Shown here: positions 36,801-49,551 of the stretch, in pieces
How positions within the stretch are numbered: the stretch's first letter is position 1
Layout of the letters: each line of letters opens with the position of its first letter
DNA from: Ancylonema sp.
Lineage: Eukaryota
Direction of reading: 5' to 3'
Length of the DNA stretch: 50,403 nt
NCBI GenBank assembly: GCA_050230475.1
Contig: JBFLGF010000074.1
Location: 62,001 to 112,403, forward strand
Notes under the pieces: generated by a model
The model's input: the letters and a program-made list of their open reading frames with translations, nothing else
Told to the model about the DNA's origin: nothing
Database searches by the model: none
Program-made: the position numbers and the translations under genes

Positions 36801-38123
36801 CAGCTCGCCCGGTTCCAAACAGCAGCACTCATGCACGCTCTCTCTTGTGACCACCCCCCCCTCTCTACCCCTCCATACCATTCTGAATTATCTTCTGTGT
36901 GCGATGAAAGCCAAAACCGTAGAAACGACAACCCACCAAATAGACTTCAACGGACTGTTTGTCTCCATCACACCACACCACGACATTGCACGGCTTTGTT
37001 GCTTGTAGCGTAATTTGATGCCCTCACTCCAAAATTTCACATGACTCGTCCCGAAATTATTCCATTTGAAGGGGTTTCCCGTCCACGTTTGTGAGCCACA
37101 CCCCCTCAAAACACACACCACCTTTAGAGTCACATTTCGACTGCATATCATACGTCAATATACTCTCTCCCGCCCCCACCCCCCCCCCTCCCCCTCCCCC
37201 TCCCCCCTCCCCCAGTCCCTTCCGTCAAGCGTGTGGTGTACAGCACCTGTTCGGTTAACCGGGAAGAGAATGAGGATGTGGTGGCCGCGGTGTGGGAGAA
37301 GGCTGCGCAGAAGGGGATGTCTTTGGAGCGAGTCTTCCCGGAATGGCCTCACAGGGGGCTGCCGGTGGTTGAGCAAGGTGGGGGAGAGGACGGCATCGTG
37401 ATTTGGTTATGATTTGGTTATGATTCGGTTATGATTCGGTTTGGATATCGTGATTTATTTCTTTTATTTTCTTGTTTTTTCGTTTTTTTTTTTTGGGGGG
37501 GGGGGGGGGGGGATTGTTGTGGTACTATGTTGCATTTTTCAACATCACGTTCAATCGTTGCCTCGACGTCGGACTCGATTCCCCCCTTTTAATTTTTGTG
37601 CTTAAAAACTTTTTTTGTATGTCTATATGAAGCGAGCAAGTGTAGAAGTGGACATCTACACGACACAACCCTCGAAAAGCATAAAAACATTCACCCACCC
37701 CTGCCTCCTCTCGGGTTCATCTTGGGGCACTTTGCAGCTCATTGCCTTCTTCGAACAGATGCCGCAAGAGACAGAATGGACGGCTTCTTCGTTGCGCTTT
37801 TCTCTAAACCTCAACAAGGAAGGCCAACGACTTCGAACAAACGAAAGAAAGGGGCGACTCTCGAAGAGGCCGAGCAGGTGTTAAGCAAAGAATTTTTAGA
37901 GGGAGGGGTGTGTGTGGGGAATGAGAGAAGCGAGGCACAAGGCAAAGTGGGGCCGTCTACGAGGAGAGAGGTCGAAGATATGGTAAATGAAGGCGGCGAA
38001 TGCATAGAAGACCAAACTTGTGTCGACCAGAAGGTTAGGCAAACTAACGACGGAAAATTGCGGAGGAGGAGGTTGAAGAGGCAACGGAAGAAGGATATGG
38101 CGTCCAATAAGTCAAAAGTGTAA
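33852..38123 (+). CDS. NSUN5: 25S/28S rRNA cytosine-C5 methyltransferase (NSUN5/Rcm1), ~13 exons
   Basis: KKATHALTCETL, YVLVYDLLFGQ, PRYARVNTLK, LQGKASCLPA, VDACAAPGNKTTHLA, LLDPSCSGSG, VVYSTCSVNREENE and MDGFFVALF, with a basic C-terminal tail; exons join in frame. Confidence 0.93.
34721..34795 (+). repeat. Telomere-like 9-bp tandem repeat (GGGTTACTR)x~8, intronic
   Basis: GGGTTACTG/GGGTTACCA/GGGTTACTA units; AAACCC(T)A telo-box-like motifs nearby. Confidence 0.7.
36117..36216 (+). repeat. 7-bp tandem repeat (TGACCTT)x~14 ending at a splice acceptor
   Basis: Near-perfect array running into TTGACCAG followed by the exon at 36219. Confidence 0.92.
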
Positions 38124-38560
38124 TGATGGCAGTTTATCAAACATATTAAAATTTGGGTTGCTTTGATTGTGATTGTGCCAAGTTCAACATATGGTTCCAA
38201 TCTTAGGACAAACCCATTGTGATAAGATGTCAAGTTGTGCTTTAGTTGTTGTGCCATTGTGGCTCACTCGCGGCAATCATGAGCTCATAGACTTCATACA
38301 GGTTGTGTTATGAAAACTTGATTGACCCCATACAAGAAAACAGTAAAAGAACACTGATCCACAAACAAGAATATAACACTGTTTAACAAGCAAGCCATGC
38401 TCCAACGCATCAATCCATACATGCGTGTGGACGGACCTGATACGAATTCTGGAGCACACGACACCCCATCCATGTTCCGCCACCATCATCATCACATGTC
38501 ACACCCCACATGCAACGAAGGGAGTGAGTGAAAAAGAAGGGCACTCGTACGTCCATCTTT

Positions 38561-40676
38561 TCATAAACTACCCCACCCCTTCCCAAGCACGCTCTTCATC
38601 TCTAAGTCCCCTCCTAACGCCCTGTCAAGCGACAGCTCTAGCGACTCTAGGCCCGTGATAGCCACGTATTTCCCTTTCTTATTATTGATCACCGCCGTCA
38701 CAATGCCCGCTAAACTAGAGAACCCTTTCTTAATTTCCGCAAACTCCCCCGAGTCCGCCCACAAGAGTGTCAATGGGTCTCTCGCGTATTTGGCAGCCAA
38801 AACCTCTAGCTTAGGCACCTGACAAACACAAAATATCAACATCTTTTAGAACCCGTTCGATCATTTGCAACAACCAAGGATCAGAATTCGATGAACGAAA
38901 CGAATTCCACGCGCGAATCTCAGTAGAAGAACAGTAACTTATTTCATTTTTTTGAGCTTCTTGGTTCATTCGAGAAAATATTTGGACTTCTGTGTGTGTG
39001 AGGCTCGACAGGAGCGTCCTCCCAAAACCCTAAAACTACCTCTCAGGATGACCTTCATCCAATCGAGTCCTCAATACAGTTCAAGAGATAGTGGTTGCAA
39101 CCACCATTTTAGGCGTCAAACCCCAATAACTGAACCCGGATTCATTGCAACCCTCCCCCCCCCTCACACAGCTCCCCCCACCTCCCCAACTCCCCAGCCC
39201 CCCAGCCCTCTCACCTCTGGACTATCCTCCCCCTCCAAAAACGTGACCACGCAGAGCCCTTTCTCCCCTCCACACTTCGCCTTCAAATCATCCCCCGCTT
39301 TCACTTGAATTAGAGCGCCTTTGGGGGGTGAGGTCGTCACTTCCGCCCTCTCCTTTTTGCCACCTTCCATCTTCTCCTCATTCTCCTTCTTCTCCTTCTT
39401 CTCCTTTTTCTCCTTTTTTTCCGTTTTCTTCTTCTTCTTCTTGTCAGGAATAGCGTGCTGTGCCAAAAATCACTCCCCTTTATAAGGATATGATTCTCTT
39501 CATACCGATCTTGCCCCGCATCCTGCTCTCACCTGTTCCAGGAACTCCAGCAGCGGTTCCTGCTTCAGCTTCCCCTCATATCTGGTAAGATCTGGGCCCG
39601 CCTCAGCGCCAGGTGGCAGCACCACCAGCACCGGAACCTCCTCCTCACTTACCCCATAGGTCGCCAAGAGCTCTTTCTCCTTGCCCACCCTCACTTCCCC
39701 CAGCAGCATGCGGTCCTTCAGATCCAGCGCCAGAGACTTGTACAGCGGACTGCTAACCGCTTTGGGGGTCATGAGAACCGTTTTGGGGGTATCCGGATTG
39801 TCTGCCAGCCACTTCGGGTGGTTCTTCGAGGTGAGGACTTTGATGTGGTTGGGCAGCTGGGCGAGGAGGAAGTCGGCCATGGCTTTGGATGACCTGGCGC
39901 CGTTGTACTGAGGGTGATGACATCAGCAGGCAGGGGATGGAAAGTCAGCTGACGTGGCCTGAAAGTGAAAGAAATAGTAGAAACAGAAGCAGCCAATGAG
40001 AGCCTGCCACCTGTCCATAGAAGCATCACTCACGTCCGTTGGTTTCTTCTTATTGGTGCCGAAGATTTTGAGGGTGGGAAAACCCTTAACGCCGTACTCC
40101 CCTCCGATGCTTTTATGATCATCGCAATTGATGGCACCGAACCGTACAGCGCCCTGAACCCCAACGCCGTGCAGGGATGGGCGTCAGTGACCTCCGAAGT
40201 GCGGGCATGGATCAAATTGGGCGACTGTACAGATGTTTAGGTTCAGACCCGACCTTACTTCTAGAGGCGGCCTTGATGTAGTCAGGCTTCAATCTGACAA
40301 TCCCTGGAAGATGCGGTCAGTGTTGCGGGTGTGGGGGAATGTAAGAGTTATTGGACATGCGACATGTGCAGAGAGGTCAGATCATGAATCATATACAACA
40401 AGAATTGAAAGACATTGAAGAGCTATTACTTCGATGCCTATTATATATTTTGTTTCATGAGAGGCACAGGGAGGAAATGACCTACTTCTGGCAGTGCCCG
40501 CACCAAGGCGCGTAGAATTCAATCATCCATATCGCATTGCTTGCCAACACCTTCGACCGAAAAGTTGATGGCGCGAGCTCCACGACTTCCGTCCCGCGAT
40601 AGAGCGACTCCCCTGCGAGCACTCCTTTAAATACGCAGAGAAACAGTGCGAACGAAGGAAAAATGAGCTTCACCAT
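38561..40676 (-). CDS. Protein disulfide isomerase-family protein (signal peptide, one WCGHC thioredoxin domain, redox-inactive Trx-like domains); exons ~40486-40676, 40254-40293, 40034-40153, 39533-39907, 39215-39457, 38561-38818
   Basis: Hydrophobic N-terminus; IEFYAPWCGHCQKLKPDY, FGAINCDDHK, YGVKGFPTLKIF and DYNGARSSKAM. Confidence 0.88.
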
Positions 40677-41118
40677 GCGACCGGTCGACCTCATGTTAAT
40701 GATGGACAACAGTTGCGGTGTACACACAGTTCTTTGGACACCTGATAAACATCCGAAATCCGAAAACACCTGAACACTTGTATCCGCGTTCGTTGAGAAG
40801 GCCAAATGCTAGTTTCGCCGGAGACGACGGATGCTTCAGATATCGATGTTGCGCCGTAAAATCGAACATTAATGCCAAGTGTGGCAAAAATAAATTCCGC
40901 AAAATCGATATGCGAGGTTTGCGCCATGGTACGTACACAACGGCGCCCAACATCTGAGTTCGTTAGCTGCGACAAACAATATTGGCGCCAATTTCGGCTC
41001 CAACTAGGGAAAACGACCGAGGCAGGCCGGCTATCGGGAACAATATTCCCATATCAGGCTGGGGAGTCTGTTCCTGACACAGCGAGTACAGTGTATCAAG
41101 ACAGCCACGTAGCTCCGG

Positions 41119-44100
41119 ATGGCTGGGCTTGCCTTCGCCTGCCCAACCTCTGGCACGTGTTGCAATCGCCTCCGCCTGTTTACTTTCGACGATCGATCCC
41201 CCTTGCCCTGCTTAACCCGCAGAAAGTTTGGACTCGTTTTATCTTCTTCTGTCCAAGGTTTGAGTGATCGAGGACCTGATTCCTCGATTCAAAGTACCTT
41301 CAAGAGCGTTGATCTGAGCTCTGCCTCCTCACGTGTCGCCGAAGAGGTCGATTGGAGTATTAGCGACAGCTCTTCCCTCTACCGCGTGCCTGCCTGGGGC
41401 TCCCCGTTCTTCCACATCAATGCTAAGGGAAATGTGGTTGTGCGACCTGAAGGTTCATTTGATGGTGAGATTTGTCTCCACCGTCTCAAGAACTTGTTCC
41501 GATCTGATATGTGCCACGGGGAAGCTCAAACCATCAGCTACCGTGACATCCAATTTGCCGTCATTTCAGTCTGTTCTGCCTCCTCTGACCTTCATCCACT
41601 TCATTATTACCCTTGCGGCCAGTCGTACATCATCCCATAGGAACAATCCAGCTGTGTGTCAATGATAGATTCGACCCCTCCTCTCGGACCTGCAGCTGCC
41701 ACCACACAATCTAATGCGCCAAATAGTCGTTATAACCATCGCCAATCCCAACCTTGACGCGTATTCTCTTTTTCCTGTGCGGGCTTGTCTCCTGCAGGTG
41801 CACCCGAGGTGGAGTTGACGGCTGTGATCTCCCGATTGCATTCCCTTGGCCTGAAACCTCCCGTAGTCCTCCGATTCCCTCAGATCCTTCGGCATCGCAT
41901 GCGCCAGCTCATCACATGCTTCGAGGAGGCCATTCAGCGATACCACTACAATGTAAACCGCCGCCCCATCTTCTCCTCAAGCCCAACCTAAACGCCCCCT
42001 CTCCAGCCCCTACCAGCCCCTCCCATCCACTGCAATTAACCCTCAAATTCCCCCTCCCCAGGGTGCCTTCCAAGGCGTCTTTCCCGTGAAATGCAATCCG
42101 GATCGCTTTCTGGTAGAGGGCGTGGTGCGACACGGCCGCGAATCCCACTTCGGACTGGAGGCCGGGTCCAAACCAGAACTCCTCCTCTGCACCGCAGCTT
42201 TGCTGAAAGGCAGCCCCCGCGCCCTTCTCATCTGCAACGGCTACAAGGTGGCCTTCGTTCTAAAGGGGGGCGAAGGGACAGCGTTGGGTGCAAGTACTCA
42301 TGTTTCCTTTTACCCTGGGTGGGGGGTGGGGGGTGGGGGGGTAAGCAGGACAGCGCCTATATCGAGAGTGTGTTGCGAGCCTGCCAGCTGGCCGTGCGTG
42401 CTGTCCTGGTGATTGAGCAGGTGGAGGAAGTGGGTATTCTTCTCCAGGTTCTGCGGTTAACCGGGGGGGTGTGCCCCCTCCTCGGGGTGCGGGCCCGCCT
42501 CAGTACGTGCCATGAAGGCCACTGGGGGGCGACGTCGGGTGAGGGGGCCAAGTTTGGGCTTTCAGCTCCGGAGATGCTCCAAGTAGTGGGCACTCTGAGA
42601 GAGGAGGGGCTGCTCCCCCGCTTGCACCTCCTCCACTTTCACATCGGCTCCCAGATCCCCTCCATACAAGTCATCAAGGAGGCGATGAGGGAGGCCAGCC
42701 ACCTGTACTGCGAGCTGGCACTGCTGGGGGCACCAATGGTGGGGGGAAGGGGGGGGGGGGGATGGGGGGGTGGACATGATGGGGATGGGGTTCCTAGGTA
42801 GGCTGATTTGAGGAATGGTGATTTCCCCTCACTTCTGCAGGGGATCATCGACGTGGGTGGGGGGCTGGGTATCGATTACGACGGAGGAGCTTCCTCGCTC
42901 TCTCCCAACTACTCCATGCAGGTGGGTCCCCAACCACACAACCCCCCATCCCCGTCACTCAATATGAGTACTCATCAAAACAAGTAAACCGAGAACGCCA
43001 TACCTGCGGTGCACAGGCTGCTTTATACTCACTCTGTATAAGAATGTATGCCATGCATGCACCTTATAACGAGTGGACTTTTACTGTATAATGAATGTAT
43101 ACTGTCTACTAGATGGACCTGTGAGAGTGAGTTGGGGGGAGGGGGGGGGGGGGGGAGCATGCAGAATTATGCGAATGATGTGGTGGCCAATTTATTGGAC
43201 GCCTGCCTTCTGAAATCAGTACCTCCCCCCACCATCGTCAGCGAAAGCGGTCGTGCGCTGGCCTCCCACAGCGGGGTACTCGTTTTCAACGTCCTTCCCC
43301 TGAGTCCCCCCCCCAGCCCCCTCCTCCCCCTCACCCTAGCAGAGGCGACTGCTGAGCTGGCTCAGGACGTGCCAGGTCAGCAGCAGCCGAACCCCTCAAG
43401 GCACCTTCTGAGAACTTTCTATGACGTGTACGCCAGCATGGACAGCAGCAACTACCGGGACGCTTCCAACGATGCTCAGCAGTTCCAGGCGGAAGCTTCC
43501 TCCCTCTTCAAGTTGGGGTGCCTCAGTTTGCCACAGAGGGCTCTGGGGGACCGTCTGCATCAGGTGTGATCGCTTATACCGAGATGTTGCTGTACGCCTG
43601 CCCAGGATCGCCTATAACGAATCCAGGGACTCTGGTCCGCAATCACAGGCCATCTGCGACCGCGCCCTCCACTACGCCTCAACAGAGGGCGGAGTGCGTC
43701 AGAGTCTGCGTCAGAGACTGTACCGCATCAACCTCTCCGTTTTCCGCTCTGTGCCCGACACCTGGGCCCTCCAGCAGGTCTTCCCCATTCTGCCCCTCCA
43801 GAGGCTTGGGGAGGTGCCAACAGTGGGGGCCACCTTGGCTGACATCACCTGCGACAGTGATGGGAGAATCGGAAGGTTTGTGGGGGGGGACGGGGACTGT
43901 CTCCCGCTGCACGAGCTGGGATCAGGGGAGGAGTATTACCTCGGCCTCTTTCTGGCGGGGGTGTATCAGGTAAGGGGGGAGAGTGGGGAAGGAAAGGTAG
44001 TAAATCAGAGGGGTAGTATCAGATAAGAGGGGTTGGAGTTGGGTTGTGTGCGAGTGCAGGAGGTGATGGGCAGCCTGCATAACCTATTTGGCGCCACCAC

Positions 44101-44549
44101 GGTTGTGGAAGTGGAGGTGGCCACGGGGCCGGGGAACGAATCCGAGTTCCGTGTCCGCAATGTATGTGTGGGGCAGACCGTGGAGGAAGTGCTGCGGGCG
44201 GTGCAGGTCAGCTGGGGGATGGGGGATGGGGCCACGGCTTTTGGGGGGGGGTTTGGGTTTGGGGTTCGGGGTTGTGGAGTTTGGAGTGGTTTTTTAATGG
44301 ATGAACCAAACCTGTAGGTTCAGGTCGGTTAGGAAAGTCCGGGGATTCGTTTTTTTTGGACTTTTTGTGGGCCCCACCGGGATGAGATGGGGTGGGATGG
44401 GATGGCAGTATGATGGGGAATCCGTTTTGGAGCAAATGAAAGCTGCAGTGGAGGAGCGCGTGCGGCAAGGACAGCTGTCAGCAGCTGAGGGAGCTGAGGT
44501 GGTGGCTAAGGCCCGCCAGAGTCTGCAGTCGAACACCTATCTGGGGTGA
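41119..44549 (+). CDS. ADC: Arginine decarboxylase (plant/SpeA type), 9 exons (~41119-41452, 41798-41951, 42062-42247, 42349-42738, 42841-42921, 43165-43563, 43649-43969, 44060-44206, 44409-44549)
   Basis: [28 protein letters not shown] (PLP lysine), [57 protein letters not shown] and [15 protein letters not shown]. Confidence 0.95.
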
Positions 44550-44589
44550 CCAGTAGGGAGCTGGGAGAAAGGTGGGGGAGACCGTATTC

Positions 44590-44655
44590 TGAGGATCTTT
44601 GGAGGATCTTTGGAGGATATTTTGAGGATCTTTTGAGGATCTTTTGAGGATCTTG
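44590..44655. repeat. Short tandem repeat (GAGGATCTTTG-like, ~11-12 bp)x~5-6 downstream of ADC
   Basis: Direct inspection. Confidence 0.75.
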
Positions 44656-47600
44656 GAGGTTTGGAGTCACGAAAAGGATGCAGGCGATCGATTGTGGGAA
44701 GGGTGAGTTGCTTTGAATCATGACACGGATTTCATCTGATGGGGAGTCTCCTTCATGTTTCATGTCCGAGTGATCATGTGGGTCATGCTTGGAAGTGAAG
44801 CAATTGGGAGAAGGGTCGAGTGTTGAAGGATAGGTAGGCCTTTCGCTCCATTTCTTGGTAGAGCTTCAAAAGAGGGGGATCCACAGTGCTCATCAGCATG
44901 TCGTGCACATCAGCCTAGGGGTCTAGGGATGTAGAATTCAAGCCACAACTGTTGTCCATTTACTTTTACATGTCATGGACCAGAACCCATTGACTAATCT
45001 CCTCATCTTCATCGCAGGTTTTGTGCGAAGGACCAGCTTATATCATGTTTACGCTTTTCACGATAAATGATGCCGAGGAATGATATGTAGACCAAGGAGG
45101 TCCTATCAGAAAGAAGGACTCGGACATTTGATTCAGAGCATTTCTCACAATGTTGAAGAGATCCTGAAAATGACATTTTGGTCATACGACGCATGATGTA
45201 CAGAGTGGTTGGAATGACGCACAAGTTAATGCATACACAACTTATCAATGCAACCAAAAGCAAATTTGAGTATCGCTATTGCATATTTTCTTTCTGATGC
45301 ACCACAACTAAGTTTCTTACGAACATGCGTTTTTGCATCAGAGAAGCTTTTGTCACCCTCCGATTTTGATCCCTATCCGCCTTCACCAACAACCAAGTAT
45401 TATGTATGTATATGTGTGTGTATATGTGTATTATGTATAGTATTATTATTGGTCGCCCTCATCGCACGATCATATATGGACCGATAAGTGACTCTTCTTG
45501 ATCAGCTCGTGTTATTTCTAGTATGTATTCTACTTTCTTTATTGAATTTAATCCAAGATGTTATCTTCAACATCGCTTCACGCACCCTAGAGAAACAGTC
45601 AACTCTTGCCTACTAGGCAAGAATGCACCCAGCACTGAGTAGTTTCATTTGAAATAACGGTTCTGCTTCATTGGGCCGTAATGTAGGTCTTATTCTTACG
45701 TTTCCAGGAATGTTACCGAGATGGAGGTTCATACAAAATAATTGTATGCGCTACATGGGATGTATTCCATTTCTTCATCAATCAAGGAAATTTTGCAATG
45801 TTGGGTCTTCATATGTTCACAAGTGCCAATGTATATGCTATGAACATTGATGTATTGAGTCGGCAATACTCACGCAGTATGTTTGTGCCACACGTCTTCA
45901 ATTAAAGTATTTGATGTACTTCCTACACGTATCGATGAATTGAATTCCCACTTGGATACAAGCCAACATGCACCAAAAAAAATTATGCACTCAACACCAC
46001 AATTTCAACACCAAATGCAAAGATCCATGAACGCCCACGAGTATACCAACAATCTCCCTCACAGTATAGCGGCACTGACGTTGAGTTGGTATTAGTTTCG
46101 ATTGCGATTTGACGGTTGTCATTACACAAACCCCATGTGATCTTGCACCTACACATCATTGACAATTTCAGCTTTGACATGCAAAACGTATGTCACTATT
46201 AATTTTACGATATGGTACTATGTGGTGAGGTGCGATTTGGTACGGTACACATCTAATTTGGTTCGAAAATCCTTCGACGGTGGAGGATGACCTCGGAAGA
46301 ATAAGGAAGTGTGTTGCCTTGTCAATCTTGTCAAATGTCATGATTACGCCATGAGGCTGGTTTGTCGTATTGACATTTATGGGTTTGCCGTCCCGAGGCA
46401 AGTTTACATATCGTATTGCTGTTACACGAAATAAAATTTGTCCCGACCACGCACCCTTACTAAGGAGCCGGAAAGTGATTAACATACGTTCCTGGGTGAA
46501 TAACACACGCCCAAAAATAAAACAATTTTACAAATGTAAAACCGCGAATGTGTGTCCGACCCCAGATGACGTCATCTTGCGGTATTAAGTAGCACTTGTA
46601 TGCGAGCACGCGTGAGTTTCCCTTATACTTCGTACGGTTTTTCATATCAATAATGATAATTTCATAGGTTGCCATGTGGTTAGTGATGTGCCCCTCCGAC
46701 TTATGGGCGTCGGAGTCGGAGCTGCACTCTAGTCGACTCCACCGCATTCGAGCCAGCTTGAATGCATCTTCCGACCACCAGTCGTCTTCTTCCCAATTTA
46801 CCATAGAAACCACATTTAACCTCCCACTAACTCATTCAGAATTTGTGGGGTGTGGTTACATTTGTTTTGGTGTTTTTCCGAGTTTAAATCAGTTTGACTT
46901 GTTCGAAATGGGGAGTTGACTAAAAATCAATGCTAGAACTCGTCACTGGAAGTAAGGCGTTGGCACTGGTTTCGAACCGCCACGTGTCTGAGTATTCTGA
47001 CATGTGCGTATTGAACCCGCTACAACAATAAAACGTATGCTAAATCGCGCCATAATTTTCACTTTCGGGTCCTAAGTGAAAATGAAACCGGGCGCAAGTC
47101 ACTTAGGACCCTATTAAGCCCGGGCATAACGTTCACTCTAAGGAATGCCAAATCGAAAATTTCCGAAACGAAACCGGGCGCTGTCGAGTTGGAGGCGAGT
47201 TGGGACCGGCATAAGTAGTGCTCTAATGCAACTCTTCGATCAGCGTAGGTTCCCGGGGGAATCTTCCTGATAGCCAAATATTGTCGGGTTTTTTCAAGGG
47301 GGGTAAATTAACGGGTTCAGTATTATTTGTTTTACGTTTGGGTGACTTCGCCTGGAGCTCCAGCCGGCTGGGCGGAGGGACACGTCACAGGCTGGGATGA
47401 TTTCTACTGAAACTCGCTGCCCCCTTGCACTGTACGCCGAGGTATGGGGTGCAGAAAGATGCAGCAGATACGACGATAAAACTTTTTGAGGGTGCCATCC
47501 CTTCATTCGTCTCTACCTCCAAAAACTCTGTGGCGCAAAGTCTGGATGTTTCTCGAGGATTCCCTCGCTGCGCTGTTCTGGCCAGGCAGTCTGATTTCAT

Positions 47601-48885
47601 GGCAGGAGAGGCAGACTTTCAGTCATTCAGCGGGATGGAGGGAGGAACCGATGGCACAGTCTTCATGGCAGGGTGTTAGGCACATCTGAAACCGTCACAG
47701 TGGTGCCGTAGCTTTGTAGTTGCCTCTCTAAACTTCCGTCAGCTGCCCCTGAGTCAACCATCTGCTCAGGCGCCCGGAATTGGCCAGTGCAGTAAAGAAC
47801 ACACAACAGCACAGATCACATTTGGCTTTTGGGAAGTAACATGACAACCATGCCAGTTTTAGGAGGTTCTTGCGAATGACGATGCGCATGTACTGAGGGA
47901 AATATGATACAAAATTTCTCAGATAGCACCGTTTGTTTCAGTGAATGGCTCGGGCTGGATATGTCCGATGCTGCCATAGCAGGCCTGGCCCAAATTTTGG
48001 GAGAAAAGATTGTTTGGAGCGGTGGGACACAGTGATTTCGGAACCCGTCCTTGTCCGAGGGTCCTCTATCTGTAACAGGATGTTTTACCTAGTAAATCTT
48101 GCCGGATTTATCTTCGATTGGGGAGGCCATGGTATTCAAGTCGATTCCCCTAATCCCCAAACCCTCGCGTGATGCCTGCAGTTCCAAAAAAGGGAACCTC
48201 ACGAACAAAGACAAAAATTCGGCGAGCAGTGTGGAAGAACAAGGGTCGCGTAGCAGCTCTAAAGCCTTGTCGCTAGGAGCTTCAATTTTGACTCAAAAAG
48301 GCAGTTTTGTTTTTAGGGACAAAGATGAGGAGAAGGAGGAGGACGGCAGTGATGTACCTGAGGAGTAAATGAGATGGTTAACTCAGTATTCGCCTATACG
48401 CTATACGCTACTCAATACGCTAGAGCCACAATGCGCTAATTTGGCGTCTTACACTTGGGGGATCAATAACCGATACGCTCTTAGTGCCAAAACTACCAAT
48501 TTTAGGGGTCTTTTGAACCGGGAAATTGAATAATTTTATCTTGCAGCCAGATTCATCGATTTAGCCTTTGCAAATAAGGGAGATGGTGTCAACACTCGTC
48601 AAGAAACCATGAAAACAATTTAGATGTCTATGTATACAAGAGGTGTGATAGCTCCTGGATCATACTCATCTAGAGTTATCTACACTACTTTCCTACTTGT
48701 ACTAGACTATACTGAATGTATCGGTCGTGTCCGTCTTCCTACATTGCTCTATTTACTCTTTGTTATCACTATCTGGCTCCTTGAAGAAGTGCTCCTCGTA
48801 ATCAGCAGTGGTAGCAGCAAGAAAGAATGGGCATGTTGCTGATGACATATATGAGTTCAACAATTCCTTGTGGATAGGCCGATGA

Positions 48886-49551
48886 ATGAATGAAGAAGTG
48901 CTCCACTTGTCCTTACATGCACATGCCGAAGATAGTTGTGCCAACACTCTAGTAGCCACACANAAGTTGGGGTATGATGCTCTGGCTCAGATTATGTCCA
49001 AGGAGGGATGCGTTCAGGAGGGGAAGCAGCTTGAGGGACCAGTGGCAGGTGCTGACAATAATGAGGTCTCCCCTCTCGATGGTGATGAGGGGAAAGTTAT
49101 AGAGCCCGAAGTTAAAGACGACCTATCAACCGATGCTGCTGGGACAGAGCAAAACGGGAAGCCTGCAAAGTCTTCCAAAATATCCGCTAAGATCTCCAAG
49201 CAGCAAAAAGATACGAAAGACTCTGCAGGAGAGACTAAGAGGAAAATGGATCCCGTTGGTGAACCGGAATCTAAGAGGGGAAGAGGCAGGCCACGCAAAA
49301 CCCCCATAGAAACTGACACAGATGCTGAGGCACCACCTGACTCAGGGGTTAAGAGGGGAAGGGGCAGACCGCGCAAGATTGTGATTGGCGACGAACCTGT
49401 GCCCATGGAGACAGAAAGTCAGGGTGCATCAGTACAGAAGAGGGGGAGAGGAAGACCTCCGAAAATTGACAAGAGCACTATACAGCCTTTAAGGGTCGAA
49501 AATAAAGATACCAAAGCAGATCGTGTGGAAGAGGAAGTTGATGTCATGTGA
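48886..49551 (+). CDS. Acidic, disordered protein segment with three AT-hooks (HMGA-like); 5' end uncertain (N at 48963; possible upstream exon at ~48129-48363)
   Basis: KRGRGRPRK twice and KRGRGRPPK in one open frame. Confidence 0.7.
   Translation: MNEEVLHLSLHAHAEDSCANTLVATXKLGYDALAQIMSKEGCVQEGKQLEGPVAGADNNEVSPLDGDEGKVIEPEVKDDLSTDAAGTEQNGKPAKSSKISAKISKQQKDTKDSAGETKRKMDPVGEPESKRGRGRPRKTPIETDTDAEAPPDSGVKRGRGRPRKIVIGDEPVPMETESQGASVQKRGRGRPPKIDKSTIQPLRVENKDTKADRVEEEVDVM

Noticed and set aside
30792..44549. FolD, NSUN5 and ADC as a one-carbon/SAM/polyamine gene cluster
   Set aside because: Housekeeping genes acting in different compartments, interrupted by a PDI gene; adjacency alone is not evidence of a cluster.
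44700..46920. AT-rich region with short ORFs, perhaps a degenerate transposon or pseudogene
   Set aside because: No recognisable motif, terminal repeat or TSD.
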